A stretch of 64,000 bases of DNA from Promethearchaeota archaeon. GTDB lineage: Archaea > Asgardarchaeota > Lokiarchaeia > Sigyniarchaeales > SOKP01. The notes under the pieces were generated by a model that ran no database searches, had not been told where the DNA came from, and saw nothing but the letters and a program-made list of their open reading frames with translations. The stretch is from NCBI GenBank assembly GCA_019058015.1, contig JAHLWH010000091.1, positions 1,241 through 65,240 of the forward strand, read 5' to 3'. Positions 29,440 to 39,368 of this stretch are shown in pieces. The position numbers and the translations under genes are program-made. The stretch's first letter is position 1, and each line of letters opens with the position of its first letter.

Positions 29440-30495
29440 CTAAATAATAAATAGGAAACTCATCAACCAGATTATTAGAATAATTATAATATCAAAAATA
29501 ATTCTAACATTTCTATCCGTTTTTGTCTCATCTAATTTTTGGTTTTTATTAAAATAATTTTTAATATCTTCAAAAATATAATTAATTCCCTTTTTAACAC
29601 GAGAAAACTGAAAAATAACAAAAATAATTCCAATAACTATTAATGGCATATATAGAAGAAGTAATAAATCAAAAAATGATCCACCTTGGATGAAATACCA
29701 TAAAGTAACGGCTGCAATAATATTTGATATAGTATGAGCAAAAATTAACGGAAAAAGCCATTTTTTACGAGTGAGAAAAGATGCAGTAATAAAACCAACA
29801 ATTGTTGCAATAATTCCCCAAAAAATCGGATAGAGTGGGTTATGTCCAGGAAAATTAGGAGAAAATATATACGCGAAGTGACTTAAGCCAAAAAAAAAAG
29901 AGGTAATCATAATAGCGGAATATTTTCCAATATATTGTTCTCCACGAATAATGAAAAAACCTCTATATATCCACTCTTCCTTAAAAGATGAGAGAAATTG
30001 TATAATTATTGCAGAAATAAGAAAAATAAATACTTCTTCACCTAAATATGAACCAAGTGTATTATTAAAAATAACATCCGATTCAAATTCTAAATAACCG
30101 GGAAGTAAATAACTGAATAAACTGAATGGAATATATACAATAAAAAGTATTAATAACCCCCATAGTAATTGATATTTAAAATTACTTTTTTTAATCTTTA
30201 ACAGTAATAATTGTTGTTTTGAGGAGGACATATCAGATTCTACGATTAACTTTTGTTGTTTTGGCTGGAAAATAATATTGACTACAAATAATAATATTGG
30301 AACTGCGATTAAAGCTGCAATTAATTTGAATAAGTGATAAAAATAGGTGTCAATTAATGAGGATGTTTGAAATAATGATCTCATTGCATTAAAAATAATA
30401 TTAAAGATTGTAATTCCTACAAAAACAATGAATAATTCGATTAAAAAATAAATTCTATTATTGAGAATTTCAGTTCTTCTATTAGTTTCGGTCAA
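29440..30495 (-). CDS. CPBP-family intramembrane metalloprotease (CAAX protease/Abi)
   Basis: Polytopic protein with motif 1 FKEEWIYRGF (EExxxR), motif 2 FGLSHF and motif 3 FAHTISN. Confidence 0.7.
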   Translation of the reverse strand: MTETNRRTEILNNRIYFLIELFIVFVGITIFNIIFNAMRSLFQTSSLIDTYFYHLFKLIAALIAVPILLFVVNIIFQPKQQKLIVESDMSSSKQQLLLLKIKKSNFKYQLLWGLLILFIVYIPFSLFSYLLPGYLEFESDVIFNNTLGSYLGEEVFIFLISAIIIQFLSSFKEEWIYRGFFIIRGEQYIGKYSAIMITSFFFGLSHFAYIFSPNFPGHNPLYPIFWGIIATIVGFITASFLTRKKWLFPLIFAHTISNIIAAVTLWYFIQGGSFFDLLLLLYMPLIVIGIIFVIFQFSRVKKGINYIFEDIKNYFNKNQKLDETKTDRNVRIIFDIIIILIIWLMSFLFII

Positions 30496-30636
30496 TATGG
30501 ATTCTCTCTTAAATTAATTTTAATTAACTCTATTATATATTAGGTATTTTTTTCTATTTAGATTCGTATTTAAAGATAGAGTTATACAATAAGAGAAAAA
30601 AGAGGATTTAATATTTTTATCTGTTTCTCATTATTT

Positions 30637-31266
30637 TTACCTTTTAAGAGTTAAAATTCCATTCTCAACAAACCACGCTAAGTTTCCAAAGAGAAACAAC
30701 CATTCTGCAAAACTTTGAAATTCCGGACATAATCCAGGATTTATCTTGTTTAAAATCAATAATATTAGATATAAAGCAAAAAGAAATGCTACTATAAGGT
30801 TCGAAATTGCTTGTAGTTTTGAAAATTCTGGAATTTTGAATTCTAAGATTGCATATATTATTAAATATAATATTCCCGTAAAAAAGAAAATATATTCTGA
30901 GTTTAAATGCATATCTGGAGAGTCAATTTTGTTGAATATTGCTAATAAAATCATGCTAAATGCTGAAACGGAGCCTAAAATAAAACATAGCCAAGTCCCC
31001 TTAGTATTTGCACCTTTATTTTGTAAATAACTAGTAAAATCTATGAGAAAAATAATCACGAAAAAACCTGTAATAATCCAGCAAATATTAAATATTACGT
31101 AATTACTGTTAGTTGGGGCTCCCATATCGCTGATATGATGAATAAATAAGCTAAAATTAGGTTCTACTAATATTGCAATAATAAGTCCTATTAGAAATAT
31201 TGCTACACCTATAAATACAAAATAGCTTCCATGAAATTTTTTAAAAAAATTATCAATTTTTTCCAT
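30637..31266 (-). CDS. Polytopic membrane protein (DUF998-like, tentative)
   Basis: 209 aa with about six hydrophobic helices. HHISDMGAP resembles the iSdlG motif of DUF998. Confidence 0.35.
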   Translation of the reverse strand: MEKIDNFFKKFHGSYFVFIGVAIFLIGLIIAILVEPNFSLFIHHISDMGAPTNSNYVIFNICWIITGFFVIIFLIDFTSYLQNKGANTKGTWLCFILGSVSAFSMILLAIFNKIDSPDMHLNSEYIFFFTGILYLIIYAILEFKIPEFSKLQAISNLIVAFLFALYLILLILNKINPGLCPEFQSFAEWLFLFGNLAWFVENGILTLKR

Positions 31267-31408
31267 AGTATTTCACTTTTTCTTAAAATATTTTAAATAT
31301 AATTTATCTCCATAGGTATTTAATATTTCATCATTAAATTTTGAAATTCACTCTTAGAAAAAAAATTAACGACAATAAAAATTGATACTATGAATAATAA
31401 TCTAAAAA

Positions 31409-32602
31409 TTATAACTTTTCATAATGGAAGTCTCCATAAGGTGTAACTATCTCTAAATTGTTACGTTCTTTTGCCTTTTCGCAATGACCAATAATCTTTG
31501 CATCTAAGTTAAAATTTTTAGAAATCTTAATTATTTCCTCTGCAGTGCTTTCATCAGTCATTAATTCCATACGATGACCCATGTTGAACACTTGGAACAT
31601 TTCTTTCCAATGAGTTTTAGATGAATCTTGAATTATCTTAAAAATCGGAGGGATCTCAAACAAATTATTTTTAACGTAATTTATCTTCTTGCCAAAATTA
31701 AGACATTTTGTCTGCCCTCCGCCGGTATTATGAATAATTCCATGAATTTTTTTTCGATAATTTTTGAAAATCTCAATTAAAACTGGAGTATAAGTTCTAG
31801 TAGGAGACAATAAAGCTTTTCCGATTGAAATGGGTAAGTTTTCTACTCTATCTGTAATTTTATGCTTACCAAAAAAAATATTTCTTTCATCTAAATTCTC
31901 GTCATAACATTCAGGATATTTTTCATAATATTCATGACTCAAAGTTCCATGTCTTGCGAGGGTCAATCCATTACTACCAATACCACTATTATATTCTTTT
32001 TCGTAATTGCATTTTCCATAACTGGCTAATCCAACAATAAAATCATTGGGTTGAATATTACTTGCATCAATTACGTCCTTTTTTCTCAAAGTAGTAAAAA
32101 CGGTAACACCTACAACCAAGGTTTTTATGATATCCCCAATATCTTCAGTTTCTCCACCACATGTAATAATGGGTTGTCCAAATGTTGTCAATTTTTGAGA
32201 AAAATTCTCTATCTCGTTAATTAATATTGAGAGGATTTCACCAGAAATTAATTTTTTATTTCTCCCAATTGTATTTGATAAAATGATTTTATCATTTACT
32301 CCCACGCATAATAAGTCATCAATATTCATAACTATTGCATCCTGGACTACATCTTTAAAAATAGAAATATCTCCTGTTTCTTTATAATAAAGATATGCAA
32401 GATTTGTTTTTGTTCCAGCACTATCTGAATGAAATATCGAACAATAATCTTCTCTACCAGTAATATCCTCTACTATTTTGCAAAAAGCTCTGGGATATAA
32501 ACCCTTATCGATATCCTTTATTGCTTGGTGCAGTTCTTTTTTTTCAGCTGAAACTCCCAATTTCGAATAAATACTCGGCTCTTTATCGTCCATATTCATC
32601 AA
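31409..32602 (-). CDS. purM: Phosphoribosylformylglycinamidine cyclo-ligase (AIR synthase), long form
   Basis: LGVSAEKKELHQAIKDIDKGLYPRAFCKI, HSDSAGTKTNLAYLYYKETGD and DAIVMNIDDLLCVG match the long (about 390-aa) PurM type. It is adjacent to purB. Confidence 0.75.
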   Translation of the reverse strand: MMNMDDKEPSIYSKLGVSAEKKELHQAIKDIDKGLYPRAFCKIVEDITGREDYCSIFHSDSAGTKTNLAYLYYKETGDISIFKDVVQDAIVMNIDDLLCVGVNDKIILSNTIGRNKKLISGEILSILINEIENFSQKLTTFGQPIITCGGETEDIGDIIKTLVVGVTVFTTLRKKDVIDASNIQPNDFIVGLASYGKCNYEKEYNSGIGSNGLTLARHGTLSHEYYEKYPECYDENLDERNIFFGKHKITDRVENLPISIGKALLSPTRTYTPVLIEIFKNYRKKIHGIIHNTGGGQTKCLNFGKKINYVKNNLFEIPPIFKIIQDSSKTHWKEMFQVFNMGHRMELMTDESTAEEIIKISKNFNLDAKIIGHCEKAKERNNLEIVTPYGDFHYEKL

Positions 32603-32620
32603 ATGTTATATTGGCTAAAT

Positions 32621-33973
32621 TTATTTTGTGATCTTATACTTTTCTCTTAAATATTTTATGAGATTTTCAACTTGGGTTATGGCAGTTCCTAAATATTTTT
32701 CTGGAGTTAATAATTTATCCAATTCTTTATTTGAAAATTTTGATTTTACTTCATGAATTTCCATGAAAACTTCTTTAATTGATTTATCATCTTTTCTAGC
32801 TTTAATAATCATTTTTCTTAACAATTCATGAGCATCTTGCCTTCCAATTCCTCTTTTAACAAGTTCAACCATTATTCTTTCTGCTAATATGGCACCCCTT
32901 GTTAAATGAAGGTTTTTTTTAATATTTTGTTCATTTATTTCCAAATTTCTTAAATTCTGTTCCAATTGGGATAGAATAAAATCTAAAAAGATAAAGTTTT
33001 CAGAGATTATTACTCTTTCTGAGGCAGAATTTGTCATATCCCTCTCATCCTCTAATACCATATTATCTAATGCAACAATCGCATTAGATTTTATTACTCT
33101 TCCTAAACTACAAATTCTTTCAGATTTATAGGGGTTCCGCTTGTGTGGCATTGTAGAGCTCCCAACTTGTGTATCTTTCTTGAATGGTTCATACATTTCT
33201 CCAATTTCAGTTCTCTGAAGTATTCTAAACTCTCTTGCAATTTTACTACAAGTACCTGCTATTAATGCAGTTAATAATATGGTTTCAGCGATTCTATCTC
33301 TCTGTATTACTTGATTTGCAATTAACACCGGATTTAGTTTTAATTGCCGCATAACTTCTTGTTGTATTTCAAATCCTTTATCTCCAAAACTTGCCATTGT
33401 TCCAACTGCACCAGACATCTTTCCATATTGAATTCTCTCTCTCACTTCTCTAAGGCGATCTAAATGCCTACTAAATTCATAAGCCCAAACCCCAAATCTC
33501 ATACCATATGTAGTCGGTGTAGCATGTTGGCCGTGAGTTCGACCTATGCAAATTAACTTTTTCTTCCGTTCCGCAAGATTTGTTAAAGTTTTTAAAATTT
33601 TCAAAATTGATCCTTCTAAATAATTTAATGCGTCTTTTATTTGTAGGGCTGTTGCAGTATCCTCTGTATCATAACTAGTAGCACCTAAATGAATATAATT
33701 TCCAGCATTCCCTTCACACTGCTCTTCAAGTGCTTTAACCATTGCCATTAGATCATGATGAATCTCTTTATCAATTTCTTTAACTCTCTCAACCTTTACA
33801 AATTGAATCTTTGCTTTACGTTCAATTTCTTCTGCTGCTTTAGCAGGAATATTTCCTAATTTTGCATGAACTTTAGCTAACGCAGCCTCTACTTTTAACC
33901 AATATTGCAATTTACTTTCTTCACTAAAAAATTGTGATATTGGCGTATTATATCGAATAAATGGATTTTCCAT
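32621..33973 (-). CDS. purB: Adenylosuccinate lyase
   Basis: Carries the fumarate-lyase signature GSSTMPHKRNP. Length is 450 aa and the N-terminus is PISQFFSEESKLQYWLKVEAALA. Confidence 0.9.
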   Translation of the reverse strand: MENPFIRYNTPISQFFSEESKLQYWLKVEAALAKVHAKLGNIPAKAAEEIERKAKIQFVKVERVKEIDKEIHHDLMAMVKALEEQCEGNAGNYIHLGATSYDTEDTATALQIKDALNYLEGSILKILKTLTNLAERKKKLICIGRTHGQHATPTTYGMRFGVWAYEFSRHLDRLREVRERIQYGKMSGAVGTMASFGDKGFEIQQEVMRQLKLNPVLIANQVIQRDRIAETILLTALIAGTCSKIAREFRILQRTEIGEMYEPFKKDTQVGSSTMPHKRNPYKSERICSLGRVIKSNAIVALDNMVLEDERDMTNSASERVIISENFIFLDFILSQLEQNLRNLEINEQNIKKNLHLTRGAILAERIMVELVKRGIGRQDAHELLRKMIIKARKDDKSIKEVFMEIHEVKSKFSNKELDKLLTPEKYLGTAITQVENLIKYLREKYKITK

Positions 33974-34141
33974 TTTATTTCCACGAAAATCTTGTATTTT
34001 TCTTTTAATTTATTTAAATATTACGCTTTAAAAAAAATGATATTTATTTACGTCGTAATAACTTAATAAATATTTTAATTCGAATTTAGATTATATTTTA
34101 TAAGAAGTTATGAAAATATTAAAGGAAAATGGTTAAAGGAA

Positions 34142-34795
34142 TTGCCTAAGAAAGAACTTAAAAAAATGAAAATTGACGAGATAACTCAATATTTCATGAA
34201 TAAAACTACAAAACAAAATATGAAAATTATTAGAGCAATAGACTACCTTATCATTGAGAATTTTGAAGAGTTTGAAAAAGATTTAAAATACGTTATTGAG
34301 AACAAAAAAGAAGAAGAAATTAAGAGAGCATTTGAATCAAAAATCTGGAAAAGCAAGATGATGTTCTCTAAAGCAGATAGAGTGCTAGTGTTTAATAGAA
34401 TTAATAAAATTAGAGATCTGGGTGAGATTCTCGCACGGAAAATGCTCCTTTACCGCGTTGTGTTTCCAGATGAGCAATTTAAGAATGATATAAAAGAAAT
34501 TCTAGAATTACTAAAAACCGTCCTTCTTGATTTAGCTTCAGCCGTAAAATCGATTGGAAAAGATTTAGAACATTCATATGAAGTGTCTCAAAAAATAAAA
34601 AATGAACATTTGAAACTTAGGAATAAGGCATGGGAACTTTTAAGTAATTTATATAATTATGAAATGGATTTTCTCAGTCGAACATTTTTATATTTAAAGG
34701 ATTTAATTGAGGGTATCGTATTTCTAGCCGATGAGGCAGAAAATTTCGCAGGATATCTGCAATTTTTAGCAACAAAATACTTAATTTTTGAATAA
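34142..34795 (+). CDS. DUF47/PhoU-like protein (divergent)
   Basis: All-helical 217-aa protein. The C-terminal LKDLIEGIVFLADEAENFAGYLQFL matches the DUF47 C-terminal helix pattern. It lies immediately upstream of a PiT transporter. Confidence 0.5.
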   Translation: MPKKELKKMKIDEITQYFMNKTTKQNMKIIRAIDYLIIENFEEFEKDLKYVIENKKEEEIKRAFESKIWKSKMMFSKADRVLVFNRINKIRDLGEILARKMLLYRVVFPDEQFKNDIKEILELLKTVLLDLASAVKSIGKDLEHSYEVSQKIKNEHLKLRNKAWELLSNLYNYEMDFLSRTFLYLKDLIEGIVFLADEAENFAGYLQFLATKYLIFE

Positions 34796-34820
34796 TTAGC
34801 CTAATTGGAGGATCTATTTT

Positions 34821-35843
34821 TTGGAATTAACTTCAATATTAATCATAATTTTAGTAATTATGGGTATAGCCCTGGCTTTTTCTATTGGCGCTAATGACGA
34901 AACTCTATCTGCCTTAGTTGGTGCAAATATTACTAAATTTAAAATAGCATTAATTATAGGGGGAATTGCTACAGGAGCTGGGATGATTTTTCTTAGCAAA
35001 GAAGTAGCAAAGACAGTAGGAGAAAATATCTTAGGGGAAGGAATAAATTATACTGATTTTATGTTATTAGCTGTATTAATAAGTAGTATAATTTGGTTGA
35101 TAATTGGTAGTTTTGCGGGGATACCCTTAAGTTCTACACATAGTACTATAGGAAGTATTTTTGGTGTTTTAATTGTTTATTCTCTATCTCAAGGAGGAGT
35201 TAACCCATCAACGGTTCTAAATTATGAAAAATTAAGTAGTCTTGTTATCAGTTGGTTTCTATCTCCATTATTTGGTTTTTTATTTACATATCTCTTTTTT
35301 AAAATCCTCTCAAAATTTTTCTTATCTCATTTAAAAGGTATGAATCAAATTGAAAAGTCGGAAAGAAATTTTTCATGGTTACTCCTAATTTCGGTTATTT
35401 TTGCCGAAGTTTGGGTTGGAGCTAATTCTGCAGAATGTATTGGTCTCTTTTGGGGACTTAAGGATAAAGGTTCATTAACTATAGAAGATTATTACTTTTT
35501 TGTCGTGATATGTGGGATTTTTGTATTTTTAGGAATTTTCACTGCTGGAAGATATGTGATAAAAAACTTAGCAAGTCAAATGACAGATGCTCGCCCAAGT
35601 GAGGGCTTTATTATTCAAATATCTTCATCGATAATTTTAATGGTTTGTACATTATTATCATTACCAATTTCACACAGTCATGTTATTGTATTTTGTATTT
35701 TAGGTCTAAACGCAGGTCAAAAACGTGAAATAGATTACAGAGGTTTAGGTAAAATGGCAATTTACTGGGTTTTAACTTTTTTTATAGCCGGCATTCTCGG
35801 TGGTATGATATATATGGGATTTTTATCAGTAAGCTTAATATAA
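34821..35843 (+). CDS. pit: Inorganic phosphate transporter, PiT family
   Basis: TTG start preceded by GGAGG (34808..34812). The two PiT signature repeats are present (SIGANDETLSALVG and GANSAECIG), plus SSTHSTIGS. The protein is polytopic. Confidence 0.85.
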   Translation: MELTSILIIILVIMGIALAFSIGANDETLSALVGANITKFKIALIIGGIATGAGMIFLSKEVAKTVGENILGEGINYTDFMLLAVLISSIIWLIIGSFAGIPLSSTHSTIGSIFGVLIVYSLSQGGVNPSTVLNYEKLSSLVISWFLSPLFGFLFTYLFFKILSKFFLSHLKGMNQIEKSERNFSWLLLISVIFAEVWVGANSAECIGLFWGLKDKGSLTIEDYYFFVVICGIFVFLGIFTAGRYVIKNLASQMTDARPSEGFIIQISSSIILMVCTLLSLPISHSHVIVFCILGLNAGQKREIDYRGLGKMAIYWVLTFFIAGILGGMIYMGFLSVSLI

Positions 35844-35935
35844 AAAGGAAAATGATTTAATTGAGTGAGAAAATTATTTATGAATGAATTTATTTAAATT
35901 TAAATTGTGAAAAGGAAAAAAAAACGGGAAAAAAA

Positions 35936-36613
35936 ATGGGTTATTTAATTGAATATTTCAAGCAACGAACCGCTGAAAATGCAATAGAAAAAGCAAATAC
36001 TCATGCAAAAACGGCTCAACAATGTGTATTTGAATTAAAAAAAGGATTCAGTGCTCTTTTAATCGAAAAAGATTATGATAAAGCAGAAAAGATTTTCAAA
36101 AATGTAGATAAAATTGAAAGTGATGCAGATGTTCTTAGGAGAGAGATATTAGAAGATATTTCAAAAGGTGAATTAAATCCCAATGTCCGTATGGATCTCT
36201 CTCATTTAGTTAAAAGAATTGATAATATCGCAAATTGTTCGAATGGGGTTGGTAGGCGTATTAATACAATATCAAAAGAATTTTGGGAGAATTGTAGTCA
36301 GGAATCCATAGATTATATAATTCAAATAATTGATAAAACTGTAGAATGTGAAGAACTTTTGGATGATCTTTTAAATGCTATGATTAAATACCGGGAAAAA
36401 GTAAAAGATATTACGATCAAAATCAATAAAATGGAACATGAAATTGATATTTTGAGCCTTAAATTAAAAGAAAGTCTTCAAAAAACCGACTTTAATATAA
36501 ATATTTTTACGGGTTTTTTAATTGCCAATACGCTTAATATTTTAGAAGCAATATCGGATTCGATTGAAGAAGTCGCAGATTATATATTACTTTTAACAGT
36601 TTCAAAAAAATAA
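35936..36613 (+). CDS. DUF47/PhoU-like phosphate-transport regulator homologue
   Basis: KIESDADVLRREILEDISKGELNPNVRMDLSHLVKRIDNIAN and the C-terminal LEAISDSIEEVADYILLL fit the DUF47 (PhoU-related) pattern. Confidence 0.65.
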   Translation: MGYLIEYFKQRTAENAIEKANTHAKTAQQCVFELKKGFSALLIEKDYDKAEKIFKNVDKIESDADVLRREILEDISKGELNPNVRMDLSHLVKRIDNIANCSNGVGRRINTISKEFWENCSQESIDYIIQIIDKTVECEELLDDLLNAMIKYREKVKDITIKINKMEHEIDILSLKLKESLQKTDFNINIFTGFLIANTLNILEAISDSIEEVADYILLLTVSKK

Positions 36614-36679
36614 TCTGGAAAATTATAAATCCATTACTCTTTTCAAATTATTAAAAATCTCTGTTCTATTAATAATAGA

Positions 36680-36922
36680 ATGGTTTATAGAACGAAATAT
36701 ATCTTTTTTAGATGCATTAATTGTGGAGAATGGTATTATACTACTAAAATTATTAAGAGAAAAAAATGCATTAAATGTCATAAATCATTTTCCTTTGAAA
36801 AAGCTTCAAAATTTTTTCAAAAATGTTCCATAAAAGAAGCTATAATAATAATTAAGAAAAAAAAGAAGAAGCAATATTTAATTAGATATAAGAAAGATAA
36901 TCATAAAAAAAATATTATATAA
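36680..36922 (+). CDS. Small zinc-ribbon protein with Lys-rich tail (DUF1922-like, tentative)
   Basis: 80 aa. CINCGEWYY...(x13)...CIKCHK is a C4 ribbon, and the C-terminus is KKKKKKQYLIRYKKDNHKK. Confidence 0.35.
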   Translation: MVYRTKYIFFRCINCGEWYYTTKIIKRKKCIKCHKSFSFEKASKFFQKCSIKEAIIIIKKKKKKQYLIRYKKDNHKKNII

Positions 36923-37024
36923 GACTTTTTATAACTTTATTGATTAGGCATTTCTTTTTTCTTTTATTAGTATTCATTTTATTTTAATGAACCAAAGGAA
37001 TTCTCATATCGATTTTTTCTTAAT

Positions 37025-37588
37025 TTAATTTTTAGCAAGACCTTTATAGATTACAAATAACCTAACAAAAAGACTATTGTAATTCTTCCTTGTAAATTCT
37101 TTGTTAACATAATTGCGTGCAGTAAATTTGTATTTTGTACGCTCTAACAAATAACAAATAACTGTCCTAGGTTCCATACTTCTATACCTTCTCCCATTAT
37201 CTTGAATATTAATTACCTCATCCCATTTGAAAAATTTTTCTTTTTTATTAAAAGTTCTAAAAAATACACCTTGAGTTCCAACAATAAGAAACCTTAAATA
37301 TTTAATAAATATTGCAGATCCCAATATAACAAATAATACCATCCCAAAAAATGATAGTATTCCAAGATTTTCCAATGGGTAAATTAGGAATACACAAAGC
37401 ATAATAAATGCTATTATCCAGCATAGAATTAAAAGAAAATAATCAGTTGTATCAAACCCTCCTTTCATTACAAAAATCTTTTCTTCAGAAAATGCTTTTG
37501 AAATATCTTGGTCAGTACTGTATCTTCCAAAATTATAACTTCTATTTTTATATTTTTGATAGGTTTCTTTTAACTTTTCTATCTCCAT
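37025..37588 (-). CDS. Membrane protein with two TM helices and a cytosolic beta-rich domain (bacterial-PH/DUF304-like, tentative)
   Basis: 187 aa with two adjacent hydrophobic helices (YFLLILCWIIAFIMLCVFLIYPL, GILSFFGMVLFVILGSAIFI), followed by GVFFRTFNKKEKFFKWDEVINIQ. Confidence 0.35.
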   Translation of the reverse strand: MEIEKLKETYQKYKNRSYNFGRYSTDQDISKAFSEEKIFVMKGGFDTTDYFLLILCWIIAFIMLCVFLIYPLENLGILSFFGMVLFVILGSAIFIKYLRFLIVGTQGVFFRTFNKKEKFFKWDEVINIQDNGRRYRSMEPRTVICYLLERTKYKFTARNYVNKEFTRKNYNSLFVRLFVIYKGLAKN

Positions 37589-37953
37589 TTTATTTCGACC
37601 TTCGAAAATTTGAGATTAATATTTTAATCTCACTTATTAAAATTTGCTTTTTAATTTAAAAATTTAATCTAATCCTCTTAAATTTTTTAATTAAAGACAT
37701 TTAAATTAAAGAAACCGTTCTTTTTTTGTAAATATTAATCATCAACTTCTGTTTTTATTCATCCAATATTGTTATAACACCTAACTTTTTTGCATGGATA
37801 AAAAATTCAGTGACAAATTTTCATTAATTTTATTGTTCTAAATCTTAAAAAAATCACTTCTTAATCGATTTAATAAATATATAAAGAATGTAAATGTAAA
37901 TAAATTAAACAAAGGCAAAATTTTAAAAACAGAAATCGTATTGATAATTTAAC

Positions 37954-39366
37954 ATGGAGTCTCCAAAACCTTTAGAAAGCAATTTAATTTCTAAATTAAC
38001 AAAATTAGCTACTCAAAAAAGAATTGAATTTTGGGATATTCGAGTAGCATCTAGTTCTGGAACATTATTAGAATTTACTAATGGAAAAAATAAAGAAGTA
38101 TCATATTCAAATATAAAAGGTGCAGGTATCAGAGCTTTTGTCAATGGAGGTTGGGGGTTTTCTGTAAAACAAAATATATCTGATAGTTCAATAATAGAAG
38201 GATTAAATGAGGCTATAAAATTAGCTCGCTACGCTGAACGATATTCAAAATTCAAATTTAAAATAAAAGAATATGATTTAACAAGAGATAAATATACAAC
38301 CAAATTAAAAACACCTCTAAAGGATGTAGACATTGAACAAAAAATTGATTTTGCATTACAAATTGAAAAGGATGCACATGATTTTGATCCAAGAGTTATC
38401 AATACAAATTCTTTATATACTGATGGAATAATAAATTCTCTTTTTATTAATTCATTTGGAAGTTCAATTGAGCAATCTACCTCAATTTTGAGAATTTTTT
38501 CTATTGTTTACGCTAAGGAAAATGGAAATTTGCAACGAAATTTCGAATCGATTGCTGGGATTGGAGGTTACGAATTAACTAAAAAAGCTGATAAAATAGG
38601 AATTAAATCAGCGAAAAAAGCAATTAAATTATTATCGGCTAAACCAGTTAAAGGAGGAAAATTCACAGTTATTATGGACCCAAAATTAACAGGCGTGTTT
38701 ATTCATGAAGCATTTGGCCACGCTTGTGAGGCAGATTTAGTTATAGCGAAAGAGAGTATTTTAGAAGAAAAATTAGGAGAAAAAGTTGCATCTGAAAATA
38801 TATTTATCATTGATGATCCAACTCCAAGTGATTTATCTCTGTTTGGGTCGTATAAATTTGATGATGAAGGCATAGCTGCAAAACCAGTTCAGTTAGTAGA
38901 AAATGGCGTTTTAAAAACCTACCTTCATGATTTAGAGAGTGCAAGTAGAATGAATGTATTTCCTAATGGACATGGTCGTGCTTCATCATATTCATCTAAA
39001 CCACAAGCAAGGATGGGGGTTACATACCTTAAAGAACAGGATTGGAAATTAAATGAAATGATCGAAGACACAAAAAAAGGTGTTCTCTGTGAAAATTGGA
39101 AATATGGATATACAAACCCAGCAACAGGAAATTTCCAATTTAAAACTCGGAATTGTTATAAAATTGAAAATGGAGAAAAAACTGAATTAATGCGAGATGT
39201 TGGATTATCTGGTTTAATCCTCGAGATTTTAAATAGGGTTTCAGCTATCGGTAATAAAGTAGAATTTAGTGATGGTGTTTGTGGAAAAGGAGGACAACGT
39301 GTTAGAAATTGTAATGGGGGACCTTACCTGCGTGTTGAAGATGTAGTTATGGGAGGTTTGCAATAA
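37954..39366 (+). CDS. tldD: TldD-family metalloprotease
   Basis: Shows the HExxxH-type motif HEAFGHACEAD, the C-terminal GxC motif SDGVCGKGGQ, and a length of 470 aa. Confidence 0.85.
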   Translation: MESPKPLESNLISKLTKLATQKRIEFWDIRVASSSGTLLEFTNGKNKEVSYSNIKGAGIRAFVNGGWGFSVKQNISDSSIIEGLNEAIKLARYAERYSKFKFKIKEYDLTRDKYTTKLKTPLKDVDIEQKIDFALQIEKDAHDFDPRVINTNSLYTDGIINSLFINSFGSSIEQSTSILRIFSIVYAKENGNLQRNFESIAGIGGYELTKKADKIGIKSAKKAIKLLSAKPVKGGKFTVIMDPKLTGVFIHEAFGHACEADLVIAKESILEEKLGEKVASENIFIIDDPTPSDLSLFGSYKFDDEGIAAKPVQLVENGVLKTYLHDLESASRMNVFPNGHGRASSYSSKPQARMGVTYLKEQDWKLNEMIEDTKKGVLCENWKYGYTNPATGNFQFKTRNCYKIENGEKTELMRDVGLSGLILEILNRVSAIGNKVEFSDGVCGKGGQRVRNCNGGPYLRVEDVVMGGLQ

Positions 39367-39368
39367 AA

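Noticed and set aside
37612-37631. Hairpin GAGATTAA-TATT-TTAATCTC just upstream of the start of the 37025..37588 gene.
   Set aside because: An 8-bp A/T-rich stem in a 365-bp spacer that is almost entirely A+T is expected by chance. There is no second copy or associated motif.
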